Origin: Elusimicrobiota bacterium
GTDB lineage: Bacteria > Elusimicrobiota > Endomicrobiia > CG1-02-37-114 > JAHJSO01
Length of the DNA stretch: 23,741 bases
Direction: 5' to 3'
Assembly: GCA_043826435.1 (NCBI GenBank)
Contig: JBDRQF010000055.1
Coordinates: 1-23,741 of the forward strand
Positions 8,588 through 16,935 of the stretch are shown piece by piece; the stretch's first letter is position 1, and each line of letters begins with the position of its first letter. Both the position numbers and the translations under genes were made by a program. Below the pieces are notes generated by a model. That model had not been told where the DNA came from and did no database searches. It saw only the letters and a list, made by a program, of their open reading frames with translations.

Positions 8588-9319
8588 TCAACCTGCCAGT
8601 GTAAGCCCGAAGACGAAATTGTCAAAGACGTTCCTTATTCTCTCTATCTTTATCAGAAAAAGGTCAAGTTTTACGTCACGCGACAAGAGCACCCTCCATC
8701 CGATATTTATTTGCCCCGTGTATGACTTGTAATCAAAAAGGAAATACGAGTATTTCGTCGGTTTCGCAAGGGTCAGGAAGTATCCGAATTTCTTATCCTC
8801 AGACATAAATACGTCCACTCCCGATTCAACGACGGCGTCAAAAAAATTCTCAAATTTTTTGCCGAATACAAAATAAAGGTTTGTATTACGGATGCCGACT
8901 GAATAATCAAAATAATTTTGCGGGTATTCCTGCCCGGCAGTATATTGTTTAAGCAGGTGATATTTCGTGTGCAGGGCGACTGCCGTTGACGTCCAATGGG
9001 TGAATCCCTTCAGGTCAAGGGACATGCCTCCCTCCCAATCGGGTGTGATTCCATAGTTAACCCCGACATTAAACCTGTGCAGCCCGAACGTGAATTTTTT
9101 CTCCGGGGTTGTGTGTGGCGACGGGTTATAGACGTTCCCGGTATATCCGTTGAGCGACTGGGCGTTTACCAGGTGCTTATAATTTTGTTTTGATGAAGGT
9201 GTAATTTGCGATGCAGTCGGTTGAGGCGCGCGGTTGACGGCCGGTATAGCTGAACCGGCGGAGATAATCACGGTTAATATGATCAGAAAGGCGATGTATG
9301 TCCTGGGTTGTCCACTCAT
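8588..9319 (-). CDS. Exported protein, probable beta-barrel (YjbH-like)
   Basis: Signal or TM segment, NGYTGNVYNPSP resembling the YjbH-type N-terminal motif, aromatic amphipathic strands. Confidence 0.45.
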   Translation of the reverse strand: MSGQPRTYIAFLIILTVIISAGSAIPAVNRAPQPTASQITPSSKQNYKHLVNAQSLNGYTGNVYNPSPHTTPEKKFTFGLHRFNVGVNYGITPDWEGGMSLDLKGFTHWTSTAVALHTKYHLLKQYTAGQEYPQNYFDYSVGIRNTNLYFVFGKKFENFFDAVVESGVDVFMSEDKKFGYFLTLAKPTKYSYFLFDYKSYTGQINIGWRVLLSRDVKLDLFLIKIERIRNVFDNFVFGLTLAG

Positions 9320-9380
9320 TTGTTTTAGCCGCCTTTAGCCGGCGCTGCGTAAAATTGCGTGAAAACCATCTTGTCTAAAC

Positions 9381-9456
9381 TGGTCGGGGCGGACGGATTT
9401 GAACCGTCGGCCTCATGGTCCCGAACCATGCGCTCTAGCCGCTGAGCCACGCCCCG
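9381..9456 (-). tRNA. tRNA-Pro(CGG)
   Basis: Acceptor CGGGGCG/CGCCCCG, anticodon arm CATGG-TTCGGGA-CCATG, T-loop TTCAAAT, encoded CCA. Confidence 0.96.
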
Positions 9457-9490
9457 CTCTGTCGTGCCCTCATTCTTATACAGTATATTC

Positions 9491-9982
9491 TTACCGGCTG
9501 AACCATATCCCCATCTGCAACGCCGAAGACACGATAACCCCTGCTATGATGACCCCGAGAAATATCACAGGCACCGCATATCTGAATTTTATGTTGAACA
9601 GATACGCAGCAACGCATCCCGACCACGCGCCCGTCATCGGGAGCGGTATTGCAACAAACAGACAAAGCCCTATTATTTCGTATTTTTCCATCAACCTGCT
9701 CCGTGCCCGCGTCCTCGTAAACCACCAGTCAAAAAATTTCCTGAACACCGGTATCATGTTTAGTTCCTTCGTTAAGTATTTCAGAAAAAACAGCAGGGGA
9801 ATCACCGGCAGCATATTGCCTATTACCGACAATGTAAACGCTTTGACAAACGGCATCTCATAAAATAATATGGCAAGCGGCAGTGAGCCGCGCAGTTCCG
9901 AGACGGGCAGGCAGGCGACGGTCAGTACCACAAGTTCAGAAGTCATTATACCCTGGAGCGATTTTATAATGTTATCAACCAT
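9491..9982 (-). CDS. Putative small multi-drug export family membrane protein (COG2426)
   Basis: LPVSELRGSLP, GNMLPV and FVAIPLPMTGAWSG motifs. Confidence 0.88.
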   Translation of the reverse strand: MVDNIIKSLQGIMTSELVVLTVACLPVSELRGSLPLAILFYEMPFVKAFTLSVIGNMLPVIPLLFFLKYLTKELNMIPVFRKFFDWWFTRTRARSRLMEKYEIIGLCLFVAIPLPMTGAWSGCVAAYLFNIKFRYAVPVIFLGVIIAGVIVSSALQMGIWFSR

Positions 9983-10056
9983 GTCTGTTTATCCCGTAAC
10001 GGCAACGAGATTCGCCGGACAGCAGGACGCATGCCCGCATCTGTCCGGGGATAATC

Positions 10057-10707
10057 TTATTCCCACCCGTATCTGCCTACCAGCGGCACGAAAACGCAGC
10101 CGCATATTTCTTTTTTGACTATATTACCGCCCGGCATTTTCTCTACCAGTATCATCACCTGGCCGAACCTTTCGCCTATGGGCATTACCATTTTCCCGTT
10201 CTCCGCTATCTGTTGCATTAATTCTTCGGGGACGTCCGTCCCGGCGGCGGTTACGATAATTGCGTCGTACGGGGCAAACTCGCTCCACCCGTAACTGCCG
10301 TCTGAAATATTGTAATGGACGTTTTTATATTGCATGGAATCCAGTATCGCTTTTGCCCTCCGGGATAGTTCATCTATCCTTTCAACCGTATATACTTCCC
10401 GCGCAAGTTCAGCAAGCAGGGCTGTCTGGTATCCTGAGCCGGTCCCGACTTCAAGCACCCTTTCTGCGCCTTTAAGGTTTAACAGTTGCGTCATTAATGC
10501 CACGATGTACGGTTGTGATATCGTCTGGTTTTGCCCTATTGGCAGAGGGTGGTCGCTGTACGCCTCACTGACAAGTTCCTGCGGCACAAAGAGGTGCCTG
10601 GGTATTCTAAGCATCGCTTCAATAACCCGCTGGTCGGAAACACCGCGGGGTATTATCTGCGTTTCAACCATGCGGACGATTTCATTTTTACGGTTGTCAT
10701 TTTTCAT
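10057..10707 (-). CDS. pcm: Protein-L-isoaspartate O-methyltransferase
   Basis: PRHLFV, QTISQPY, VLEVGTGSGYQ, APYDAIIVTAA, FVPL. Confidence 0.97.
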   Translation of the reverse strand: MKNDNRKNEIVRMVETQIIPRGVSDQRVIEAMLRIPRHLFVPQELVSEAYSDHPLPIGQNQTISQPYIVALMTQLLNLKGAERVLEVGTGSGYQTALLAELAREVYTVERIDELSRRAKAILDSMQYKNVHYNISDGSYGWSEFAPYDAIIVTAAGTDVPEELMQQIAENGKMVMPIGERFGQVMILVEKMPGGNIVKKEICGCVFVPLVGRYGWE

Positions 10708-11184
10708 TTAAACAAATTTATTGCTGAGCCAATCACCCACGTAATGTGTTATGGCCACAACTATGAGTGCTACAGCAAGATGTTCAAAAACCACTCTCCA
10801 GATTTTTTTCTTCTGTTCCCTGGCAATATATATACTAAAAAATCCAAGCAGGGATAAACCCATGATTACGCTTACAATTATTGCAGTTGATAATTCAAAC
10901 AATAACAAAGGGACAATAAACAACAGCGGAGTAATTAATTTTGACAGAAAAGTATAGATTGTTGCTTCCCATAATTCTTTTTCAGTATGCGTATTTTCCG
11001 ATTCTTCGGAAACATGGATTCCCATAGCGTCTGAAAATGAATCGGCTATCGCTATCATCAATATACCGCTGATAACTACAGACCTTGAATGGGTACCCGA
11101 GTGCAGTCCGACCATCAGCCCAAGCGTTGTTATTATCCCTGAAGTTGAACCGAAGCCCAGCCCGGTTTTAAGTTGATGTTTCAT
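10708..11184 (-). CDS. VIT1/CCC1-like membrane protein (putative Fe/Mn transporter)
   Basis: FG-x3-GIITTLGL, IADSFSDAMGIHVSEESE, about 5 TM helices. Confidence 0.8.
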   Translation of the reverse strand: MKHQLKTGLGFGSTSGIITTLGLMVGLHSGTHSRSVVISGILMIAIADSFSDAMGIHVSEESENTHTEKELWEATIYTFLSKLITPLLFIVPLLLFELSTAIIVSVIMGLSLLGFFSIYIAREQKKKIWRVVFEHLAVALIVVAITHYVGDWLSNKFV

Positions 11185-11194
11185 ATAATTAAAA

Positions 11195-11289
11195 TGGTCG
11201 GGGCGGTGGGACTTGAACGAGGGCAGCTTTGCTGCCCGTTCATAGGTTGCATCGCACCTTATTCCTGGTCGGGGCGGTGGGACTTGAAC
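11195..11289. repeat. 24-bp direct repeat of the tRNA-Pro(GGG) 3' end flanking a 47-bp palindromic insert
   Basis: tggtcggggcggtgggacttgaac at 11195-11218 and 11266-11289; the insert contains gggcagc-ttt-gctgccc. Confidence 0.9.
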
Positions 11290-11340
11290 CCACGACTACT
11301 CGCACCCCAAACGAGTGCCCTACCCCTGGGCCACGCCCCG
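11266..11340 (-). tRNA. tRNA-Pro(GGG)
   Basis: Acceptor CGGGGCG/CGCCCCG, anticodon arm CTCGT-TTGGGGT-GCGAG, T-arm GTGGG-TTCAAGT-CCCAC, encoded CCA. Confidence 0.95.
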
Positions 11341-11439
11341 ACACTATTAAATCATTTAAATCATTACGTATAATAAATGGTTTCGTTTGTTGCGTCCTTA
11401 ACCTTAACCAATCAATCGCAGCGTTTCTACCGGCGTCGT

Positions 11440-11796
11440 TTACTTCAGGAGTCTGGCAATCTCCTGAATTGTCTTTTTTGTTTCCTTCAGTAGTTCTATT
11501 GCCGCAGAATTGCTCGTTAAATCCAGAGCAAGTTGCTGGTTTTTTTGACGCCGCATCTCTGCCAGGGCACCCCTGGCGCCGTCAATAGTAAACTTCTGGT
11601 TGTACAATAAGTCCTTGATTTTCAGAACCTGCTCTATTTCCTTTTTTGTATATTTCCTGTGACCGGATTCCCTCCTTTGCGGTTTCAGGGGGGTAAACTC
11701 GGTTTCCCAGTATCGCAGGATATACTGTGGCAGATTCACGATTTTTGATACTTCGCCTATTGAGAAATATTCCTTATCAGGTAAAATTATATCCAT
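11440..11796 (-). CDS. MerR-family transcriptional regulator (IHF-linked type)
   Basis: LPDKEYFSIGEVS...ILRYWETEF...GHRKY...FTIDGA; lies between the IHF/HU gene and tRNA-Pro. Confidence 0.92.
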   Translation of the reverse strand: MDIILPDKEYFSIGEVSKIVNLPQYILRYWETEFTPLKPQRRESGHRKYTKKEIEQVLKIKDLLYNQKFTIDGARGALAEMRRQKNQQLALDLTSNSAAIELLKETKKTIQEIARLLK

Positions 11797-11831
11797 ACTA
11801 AAATCAATTCCCGTTATTGCCGGGAGACAAT

Positions 11832-11860
11832 ATTATAACATCAAATAAATAATTTGTCAA
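11832..11860 (-). promoter_or_regulatory. Consensus sigma70 promoter upstream of MerR/tRNA-Pro
   Basis: TTGACA (11860-11855), 17 bp, TATAAT (11837-11832), with extended TGn. Confidence 0.85.
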
Positions 11861-11861
11861 A

Positions 11862-11933
11862 TCAACCGCCCTGTAACAGTCAGCCACCCTGTAATAGTCA
11901 GCCACCCTGTAACAGTTAGCCGCCCTGTAACCT
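11862..11933. repeat. Tandem array, 4 x 18 bp (consensus tcagccrccctgtaacag)
   Basis: Units start at 11862, 11880, 11898 and 11916, each with 0-3 mismatches to the consensus. Confidence 0.9.
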
Positions 11934-11959
11934 GCCGCACAGCCATCCGGGGCCAGACA

Positions 11960-12232
11960 TTACTGCGGCATTTCAACTGTAAGTTTGGGTGATGGCTTAA
12001 ATTTTATCTTCCTTCTGGGAGACACAAGCATTTCTTTTCCGGTCTTCGGGTTGTACAATTTTTTTGATTTGTAGTGTTTTATGTAAAAAGCCCCGAAACC
12101 GGAAATCACTACCCGGTCGTCGGATTGCAGGCGTTTCTTGATATCTGCGAATATTTTTTCAACGGCGCCCGCCGCTTCTTTCCTCGTACTAAGTACGCTT
12201 GTCAGAGATTTAATTAAATCATTTTTATTCAT
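11960..12232 (-). CDS. HU/IHF-family DNA-binding protein
   Basis: MNKNDLI, VVISGFGAF, NPKTG, KFKPS; start at ATG 12232 after SD AGAGGGG. Confidence 0.93.
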   Translation of the reverse strand: MNKNDLIKSLTSVLSTRKEAAGAVEKIFADIKKRLQSDDRVVISGFGAFYIKHYKSKKLYNPKTGKEMLVSPRRKIKFKPSPKLTVEMPQ

Positions 12233-12267
12233 AAAAAACACACCCCTCTTTTAATGTCCATGGGCGC

Positions 12268-13335
12268 TCACCAACTCGCACGCTGACCCTGCATTTCAGA
12301 TTTCGGCTGCCTGGTCATCAGCCCGCGGATACTTTCAGCGGGTTTTTTATTTTTATATAAGACATGATATGCCTCGTTGATAATGGGCAATTCAATATTG
12401 TGTTTCTTCCCGAGACGGTAGGCGGATTCAGTTGTGAGGTATCCCTCGGCGACAGCCCCTATTCTTTTTAATGCATCCAGCGGTTTAATTCCTTTCCCGA
12501 CCATTTCTCCGAGCATCCTGTTCCTTGAATGTTTTGAAAAACAGGTTGTCATCAGGTCTCCGATGCCGGACAGTCCGAACATGGTTGACGCTTTTGCTCC
12601 GAGTATCGTCGCCAGATGGACAAACTCCTTCATGCCCCTTGTTATAAGGGCGGCCTTTGTGTTGTCTCCCATGCCCATCCCGTCGCTTATGCCGCAGGCG
12701 ATTGCAAAAATATTTTTCAATGAACCGCCCATTTCAACCCCTGTGACGTCCGTCTGCGTATAAACCCTGAAATAGTCCGTAAGGAATGCCTTCTGGATGA
12801 ACCTTGAGGCCTTTTCGTTTTTTGATGCAACGACGACAGCGGTCGAAATCCGCCTTGCGACTTCTATCGCAAAACTCGGGCCTGACAGGACGCACACGTT
12901 CCCCTCCGGGGTTTTTATTTCTTCCGTTATTATGCGGGACATCGTTTTAAGCGTCCTGGTTTCCAGCCCCTTTGTGGCGCTTACAAAGAAAGTCCCGGCC
13001 GGGTTAAAACAGGCTGCCTCGTTAAATCTTTTTGCCGTTTCCCTGAGAAAATTTGACGGCACTGCAAACACCACTATATTCGTCGGATAACCGGTAAGGT
13101 TCATCTCCGCGAATGAATCGTATATCCTTATCTGTCGCGGGATTTCCAGCGGGAATTTTTCAACACCCGGTATGTGCATGGCCCTGTTTTTTCTCAGCAG
13201 GGCGGCCTTTTCTTTTGAAAATTCCCACATAGACACCCTGTATGATTTTTTGTTGAGCAGCGCCGCCAAGGTACCACCCCACGCCCCTGCGCCCAGCACT
13301 GTTATGTTCGGGGTAGCATTGTCCATTGATTTCAT
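12268..13335 (-). CDS. gpsA: NAD(P)H-dependent glycerol-3-phosphate dehydrogenase
   Basis: GAGAWG, TKGLE, LSGPSFA, GGSLKN, GDNTKAAL, GDLMTTC-x-S-x-HSRN. Confidence 0.96.
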   Translation of the reverse strand: MKSMDNATPNITVLGAGAWGGTLAALLNKKSYRVSMWEFSKEKAALLRKNRAMHIPGVEKFPLEIPRQIRIYDSFAEMNLTGYPTNIVVFAVPSNFLRETAKRFNEAACFNPAGTFFVSATKGLETRTLKTMSRIITEEIKTPEGNVCVLSGPSFAIEVARRISTAVVVASKNEKASRFIQKAFLTDYFRVYTQTDVTGVEMGGSLKNIFAIACGISDGMGMGDNTKAALITRGMKEFVHLATILGAKASTMFGLSGIGDLMTTCFSKHSRNRMLGEMVGKGIKPLDALKRIGAVAEGYLTTESAYRLGKKHNIELPIINEAYHVLYKNKKPAESIRGLMTRQPKSEMQGQRASW

Positions 13336-13359
13336 ACGGCCTCCGTTATCCTGTAAACC

Positions 13360-13998
13360 TCATCTTATCCTTGACTCTGTGCCGTTGAGCAACCTCTTTA
13401 TGTTGTCTTTATGCCGAAGTATTACCAGAGCGCCAAACAGGACGAGAACTATATTTATTAAAGACGGGTCCCTGCCGGACAGCGTGTTATAGAGGCATAC
13501 AGCGGCCACGCATGCAGCCGCTATGATTGAACCCAGAGATACATACCTTGTCAATGCAAAGACGGATGAAAAGACGGCGATGCCGATGAGCCCGACCACC
13601 GGGGCAAGAGATACGATAACGCCTGCACCCGTTGCGACACCCTTGCCGCCATTGAAGTTTAACCATACGCTGAACGTATGCCCGAGGATTGAAACGGCGC
13701 CTGCAATAAGCGGCAGGTGCGTCCATAACGTTGTCAACGATGTCGCCGGCGCCGGATGTCTTCCGGTTATTGAGATAACGGCATGGACGGTCAATAGTCC
13801 CTTCAGGAAGTCGACTAAAAGGGTAAGTACGCCGGCGGTCCTTGATACGCTGCGGAAAACGTTTGTGGCCCCGGGGTTACCCGAACCGTATTTTCTTATG
13901 TCGGTCCCTTTTACAATTTTTGTGATAATGTAGGCAGTCGGTATGCTGCCGGCTAAATAAGAAAACAGAAGCATGAGTATAAGGATAAGATATCCCAT
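13360..13998 (-). CDS. plsY: Glycerol-3-phosphate acyltransferase PlsY
   Basis: GSIP, GSGNPGATN, GH...GGKGVAT, RHKDNIKRL-x2-G-x-E. Confidence 0.96.
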   Translation of the reverse strand: MGYLILILMLLFSYLAGSIPTAYIITKIVKGTDIRKYGSGNPGATNVFRSVSRTAGVLTLLVDFLKGLLTVHAVISITGRHPAPATSLTTLWTHLPLIAGAVSILGHTFSVWLNFNGGKGVATGAGVIVSLAPVVGLIGIAVFSSVFALTRYVSLGSIIAAACVAAVCLYNTLSGRDPSLINIVLVLFGALVILRHKDNIKRLLNGTESRIR

Positions 13999-14005
13999 AG
14001 TATTC

Positions 14006-14530
14006 CTACTTCACATAAATTTTTGTTAATTCCCTGCCGCCCTGTACACAGTATTCAATCGTTGAAAGGACGGTGGCGGCGGCAGTTATGTTATAGAGGA
14101 TGACCAGGTACGGCATTCTCAGCAAGACGCACAGTATCGTGCATAACTGCAGTATCACCGTAATCTTTGCAAGGAAATGGACGGATATTTTTGCGGAGCC
14201 GCTGAGTATGTAAGTCAACAGCCAGCCCGAAATCACGATTATTTCTTTCCCGATTATAAAGGTAAAAAGCCAAAGCGGGGTCTTATTCATGCTCGTGAGT
14301 ACGTAGTAAGAAGACAGTATAAGGACCTTGTCGGCTACAGGGTCAAGCAACGTTCCGATATTACTTTTCTGCCTGAAATGCCGTGCGATAAAACCGTCAA
14401 GAGCGTCGGTAACGGATGTCAGAACAAAAACGGATACCGTGATAAAACCATACGGGTCCCGTATTAAAAGATATACGAATAGCGGAGCCATAAAAATTCT
14501 GGTTATTGTGAGTATATTGGCTATGTTCAT
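14006..14530 (-). CDS. pgsA: CDP-alcohol phosphatidyltransferase (PgsA-like)
   Basis: ANILTITR and D-x2-DG-x2-AR-x8-G-x3-D-x3-D motif. Confidence 0.8.
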   Translation of the reverse strand: MNIANILTITRIFMAPLFVYLLIRDPYGFITVSVFVLTSVTDALDGFIARHFRQKSNIGTLLDPVADKVLILSSYYVLTSMNKTPLWLFTFIIGKEIIVISGWLLTYILSGSAKISVHFLAKITVILQLCTILCVLLRMPYLVILYNITAAATVLSTIEYCVQGGRELTKIYVK

Positions 14531-14543
14531 GTCCGGTGCTTTC

Positions 14544-15821
14544 TCAATTTTTCTGCCATTTCCGTAGGATACGCATCTCGTTTACGGGATCAGTCCTTAT
14601 TCTGAATACAATGCCGTTATCCGTATAAGATTTACCCAATACCTGCGCGTTGTTATACAGAAAATTTAAAATATTATGTTCGCCGTACGGGACGCTGACC
14701 GTGAACGTTGACCCGGATTTGTATTTCAGGAGCGAATCAATTTTACGCACCAAAGAATTAATTCCATCGCCCGTTTTTGCTGAAATTAAAAGGACGCTGT
14801 CACTGTTCTGTGCAGAGATATGTGCGGGTTTCAGTCCCTCTGACAGGTCTGCCTTGTTATAGACCATTAGCATGGGGATTTTATCGGCGCCGAGTTCGCG
14901 TATCGTCCCAACGACTACACTTTCCTGGTTTTTAATGTCAGGGGATGATGCGTCTGCCAGGAAAAGGATTAAGTCCGCTTCAAGGATTTCCTCAAGCGTG
15001 GAGCGGAAACTTGCAATAAGGGTGTGCGGCAGTTTCCTGATAAACCCGACCGTGTCGGTAAAAAGAACCGTATTGCCCGACGGCAGGGTGACCCGCCTGG
15101 TCGTAGGGTCTAACGTTGCAAAAAGTTTGTCGTCCACGGGGACCATTTTCGCCCCGCCTGTATTTTCACCGTAACGTTTCAGCATTGCATTCAGCAGAGT
15201 TGATTTCCCGACGTTCGTATAGCCGGTTATTGCGACGGTCGGTATTGAGTGTTCTTTCCTTTTGGCTCTCTGGGTAGCCCTGTGTTTTTTTATTCCCTGC
15301 ATCTCCTTTTTCAACCGGGTTATCCTGTCACGTACCCGTCTCCTGTCGCATTCCAATTTTCTTTCCCCGGGGCCGCGGGTGCCGATGCCTCCGACCTGGC
15401 CGTCCAGCCAGATGCCTTTCTGCGTCAGGCGGGGAAGGAAGTACTGCAACTGCGCAAGTTCAACCTGTAGCGCCGCCTCTTTTGTCCGCGCCCGCCGGGC
15501 GAATATGTCCATAATGAGCCGGCTCCTGTCTATTATTTTTGCATCAATTTCGTTTTCAAGATTTCTCTGCTGGGCAGGCGACAGGTCTTCATCAAAAATG
15601 ACGGACCTTATTTTGTGAACGCTGACGGCTGATTTTAACTCTCCGGCCTTGCCTTTTCCTATCAGATAGCGTGGCGAGAGTTTCGGCCCGGTGTGCGTTA
15701 CCGTGGCAATGACTTCACCGCCGGCAGTGCTGATTAACCCGTTTAGTTCAGAAAGAGAAACCCGCATTTCCCTTGTGGTGGTCCCCGGCAACCGGACGCC
15801 TGCTGCTATTACCTTTTCCAT
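14544..15821 (-). CDS. hflX: GTPase HflX
   Basis: LSPAQQRNLE, GIGTRGPGE, GYTNVGKST, DKLFATLD, DTVGF, NKAD, SAK. Confidence 0.97.
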   Translation of the reverse strand: MEKVIAAGVRLPGTTTREMRVSLSELNGLISTAGGEVIATVTHTGPKLSPRYLIGKGKAGELKSAVSVHKIRSVIFDEDLSPAQQRNLENEIDAKIIDRSRLIMDIFARRARTKEAALQVELAQLQYFLPRLTQKGIWLDGQVGGIGTRGPGERKLECDRRRVRDRITRLKKEMQGIKKHRATQRAKRKEHSIPTVAITGYTNVGKSTLLNAMLKRYGENTGGAKMVPVDDKLFATLDPTTRRVTLPSGNTVLFTDTVGFIRKLPHTLIASFRSTLEEILEADLILFLADASSPDIKNQESVVVGTIRELGADKIPMLMVYNKADLSEGLKPAHISAQNSDSVLLISAKTGDGINSLVRKIDSLLKYKSGSTFTVSVPYGEHNILNFLYNNAQVLGKSYTDNGIVFRIRTDPVNEMRILRKWQKN

Positions 15822-15870
15822 GTCACCCGCATCTCTTATTATCGTTTCTTATCGCTTGTTGTTACCTGTT

Positions 15871-15974
15871 ATCTTGGCGCCTATCCGCGACTATGCCTGC
15901 CTGTTGGCGTCTGTCCGCGACTATGCCTGCCTGTTGTCGCCTGTCCGCGACTATACCTGCCTGTTATCGCCTGT
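15871..15974. repeat. Tandem array, about 3.5 x 30 bp, spanning the miaA stop
   Basis: Consensus ctgttgkcgcctgtccgcgactatgcctgc at 15871, 15901 and 15931, partial at 15961. Each full unit has an in-frame TAG on the minus strand. Confidence 0.9.
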
Positions 15975-16934
15975 TATCGCCGCTATTTTTTCAGCCAGGC
16001 GTCTGATATTTCCGCTGCCTGCGTCAACCAGGTTTGTATCCCTTTCTTTTTTAAACCAGGTGATTTGCCTTTTTGCATAGTTTCTTGTATCCTGAGCAAT
16101 CTTTTCTTCCATATAGTTAAAAGATATTTTATTTTTTAGATATGAAATAACATGCCTGTAACCGACGCTCTTAAATGCAGGGCAGTCATCAGGGGAACCC
16201 ATTCCCACAACGGCGACTGTTTCGTCTATCATTCCGTTGCTGAGCATCTGCCGGACACGGTTGTTTATTCTTTTATAGAGTTTTTCCCTGTCCATGGACA
16301 GGCATACAGCGACGGCGTTTTTCAGCCCTTTCATTTTGTTTTTGCCCTGATGCGGGTGTTGTATTTTGCCCTGCTGCACCACTTGTGAAAAAGGAACGCC
16401 CGTTATTTGATGGACCTCAATAGCCCTTATCATCCGCTGAATGTTGTTCGGGTGAATTCTTTCCGCAGAAACGGGGTCTATGGCAGCGAGTTTTTTATGG
16501 AGGTATGGGCGTCCGTATTTTTTTTCAAGTCCCAGTAATTCGGACCTGACGTTTTCATCCCTTCCCGGGAGAGGTGTTACGCCGTTTCTGAACAACCTGA
16601 TGTATAACCCGGTGCCGCCTGTTATGATTGGGACCCCGCCCCTTTTCTTAATCTTTCCGGCAAGAAGTGTTGCCCTCCGGACGAATTCTCCGGCGGAGAA
16701 CGTCTCGTCAGGTTCAAGAAAATCCACCAGGTGATATGGGACACCGTCAACGATGAATGCACCACACGAACAGTTGCCGTAGCGCCATTTACCTTCCGGT
16801 TTTGCCGTGCCGGCGCTCAGATGCCTGTAAACCTGCCTTGAGTCGGCGGATATAATTTCGCCGTTTATCATGTTTGCCAGTTCAAGGGCTACTGCGGTCT
16901 TACCCGAACAGGTGGGTCCGAATATGAATATCAC
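15951..16934 (-). CDS. miaA: tRNA dimethylallyltransferase
   Basis: GPTCSGKT, ISADSRQVY, GTAKP, GGTGLY, TRNYAKRQITW; GTG start. Confidence 0.97.
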   Translation of the reverse strand: MIFIFGPTCSGKTAVALELANMINGEIISADSRQVYRHLSAGTAKPEGKWRYGNCSCGAFIVDGVPYHLVDFLEPDETFSAGEFVRRATLLAGKIKKRGGVPIITGGTGLYIRLFRNGVTPLPGRDENVRSELLGLEKKYGRPYLHKKLAAIDPVSAERIHPNNIQRMIRAIEVHQITGVPFSQVVQQGKIQHPHQGKNKMKGLKNAVAVCLSMDREKLYKRINNRVRQMLSNGMIDETVAVVGMGSPDDCPAFKSVGYRHVISYLKNKISFNYMEEKIAQDTRNYAKRQITWFKKERDTNLVDAGSGNIRRLAEKIAAITGDNRQV

Positions 16935-16935
16935 G

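Noticed and set aside
10015..10048. Terminator between pcm and the export gene (ccggacag...ctgtccgg)
   Set aside because: 8-bp stem with an 18-nt loop and no U-tract; insufficient support
10708..11184. VIT1 gene as cargo of an island at tRNA-Pro
   Set aside because: It looks AT-richer, but lies outside the duplicated att-like pair and no integrase is present
11195..11265. A third tRNA-Pro gene
   Set aside because: Only the 3' 24 nt match; there is no acceptor 5' strand, D arm or anticodon arm
15871..15974. Amber recoding or a miaA-hflX readthrough fusion
   Set aside because: An in-frame TAA follows at 15851-15849, TAG is used as a normal stop elsewhere (e.g. aroD, PilZ), and no suppressor machinery is in the window
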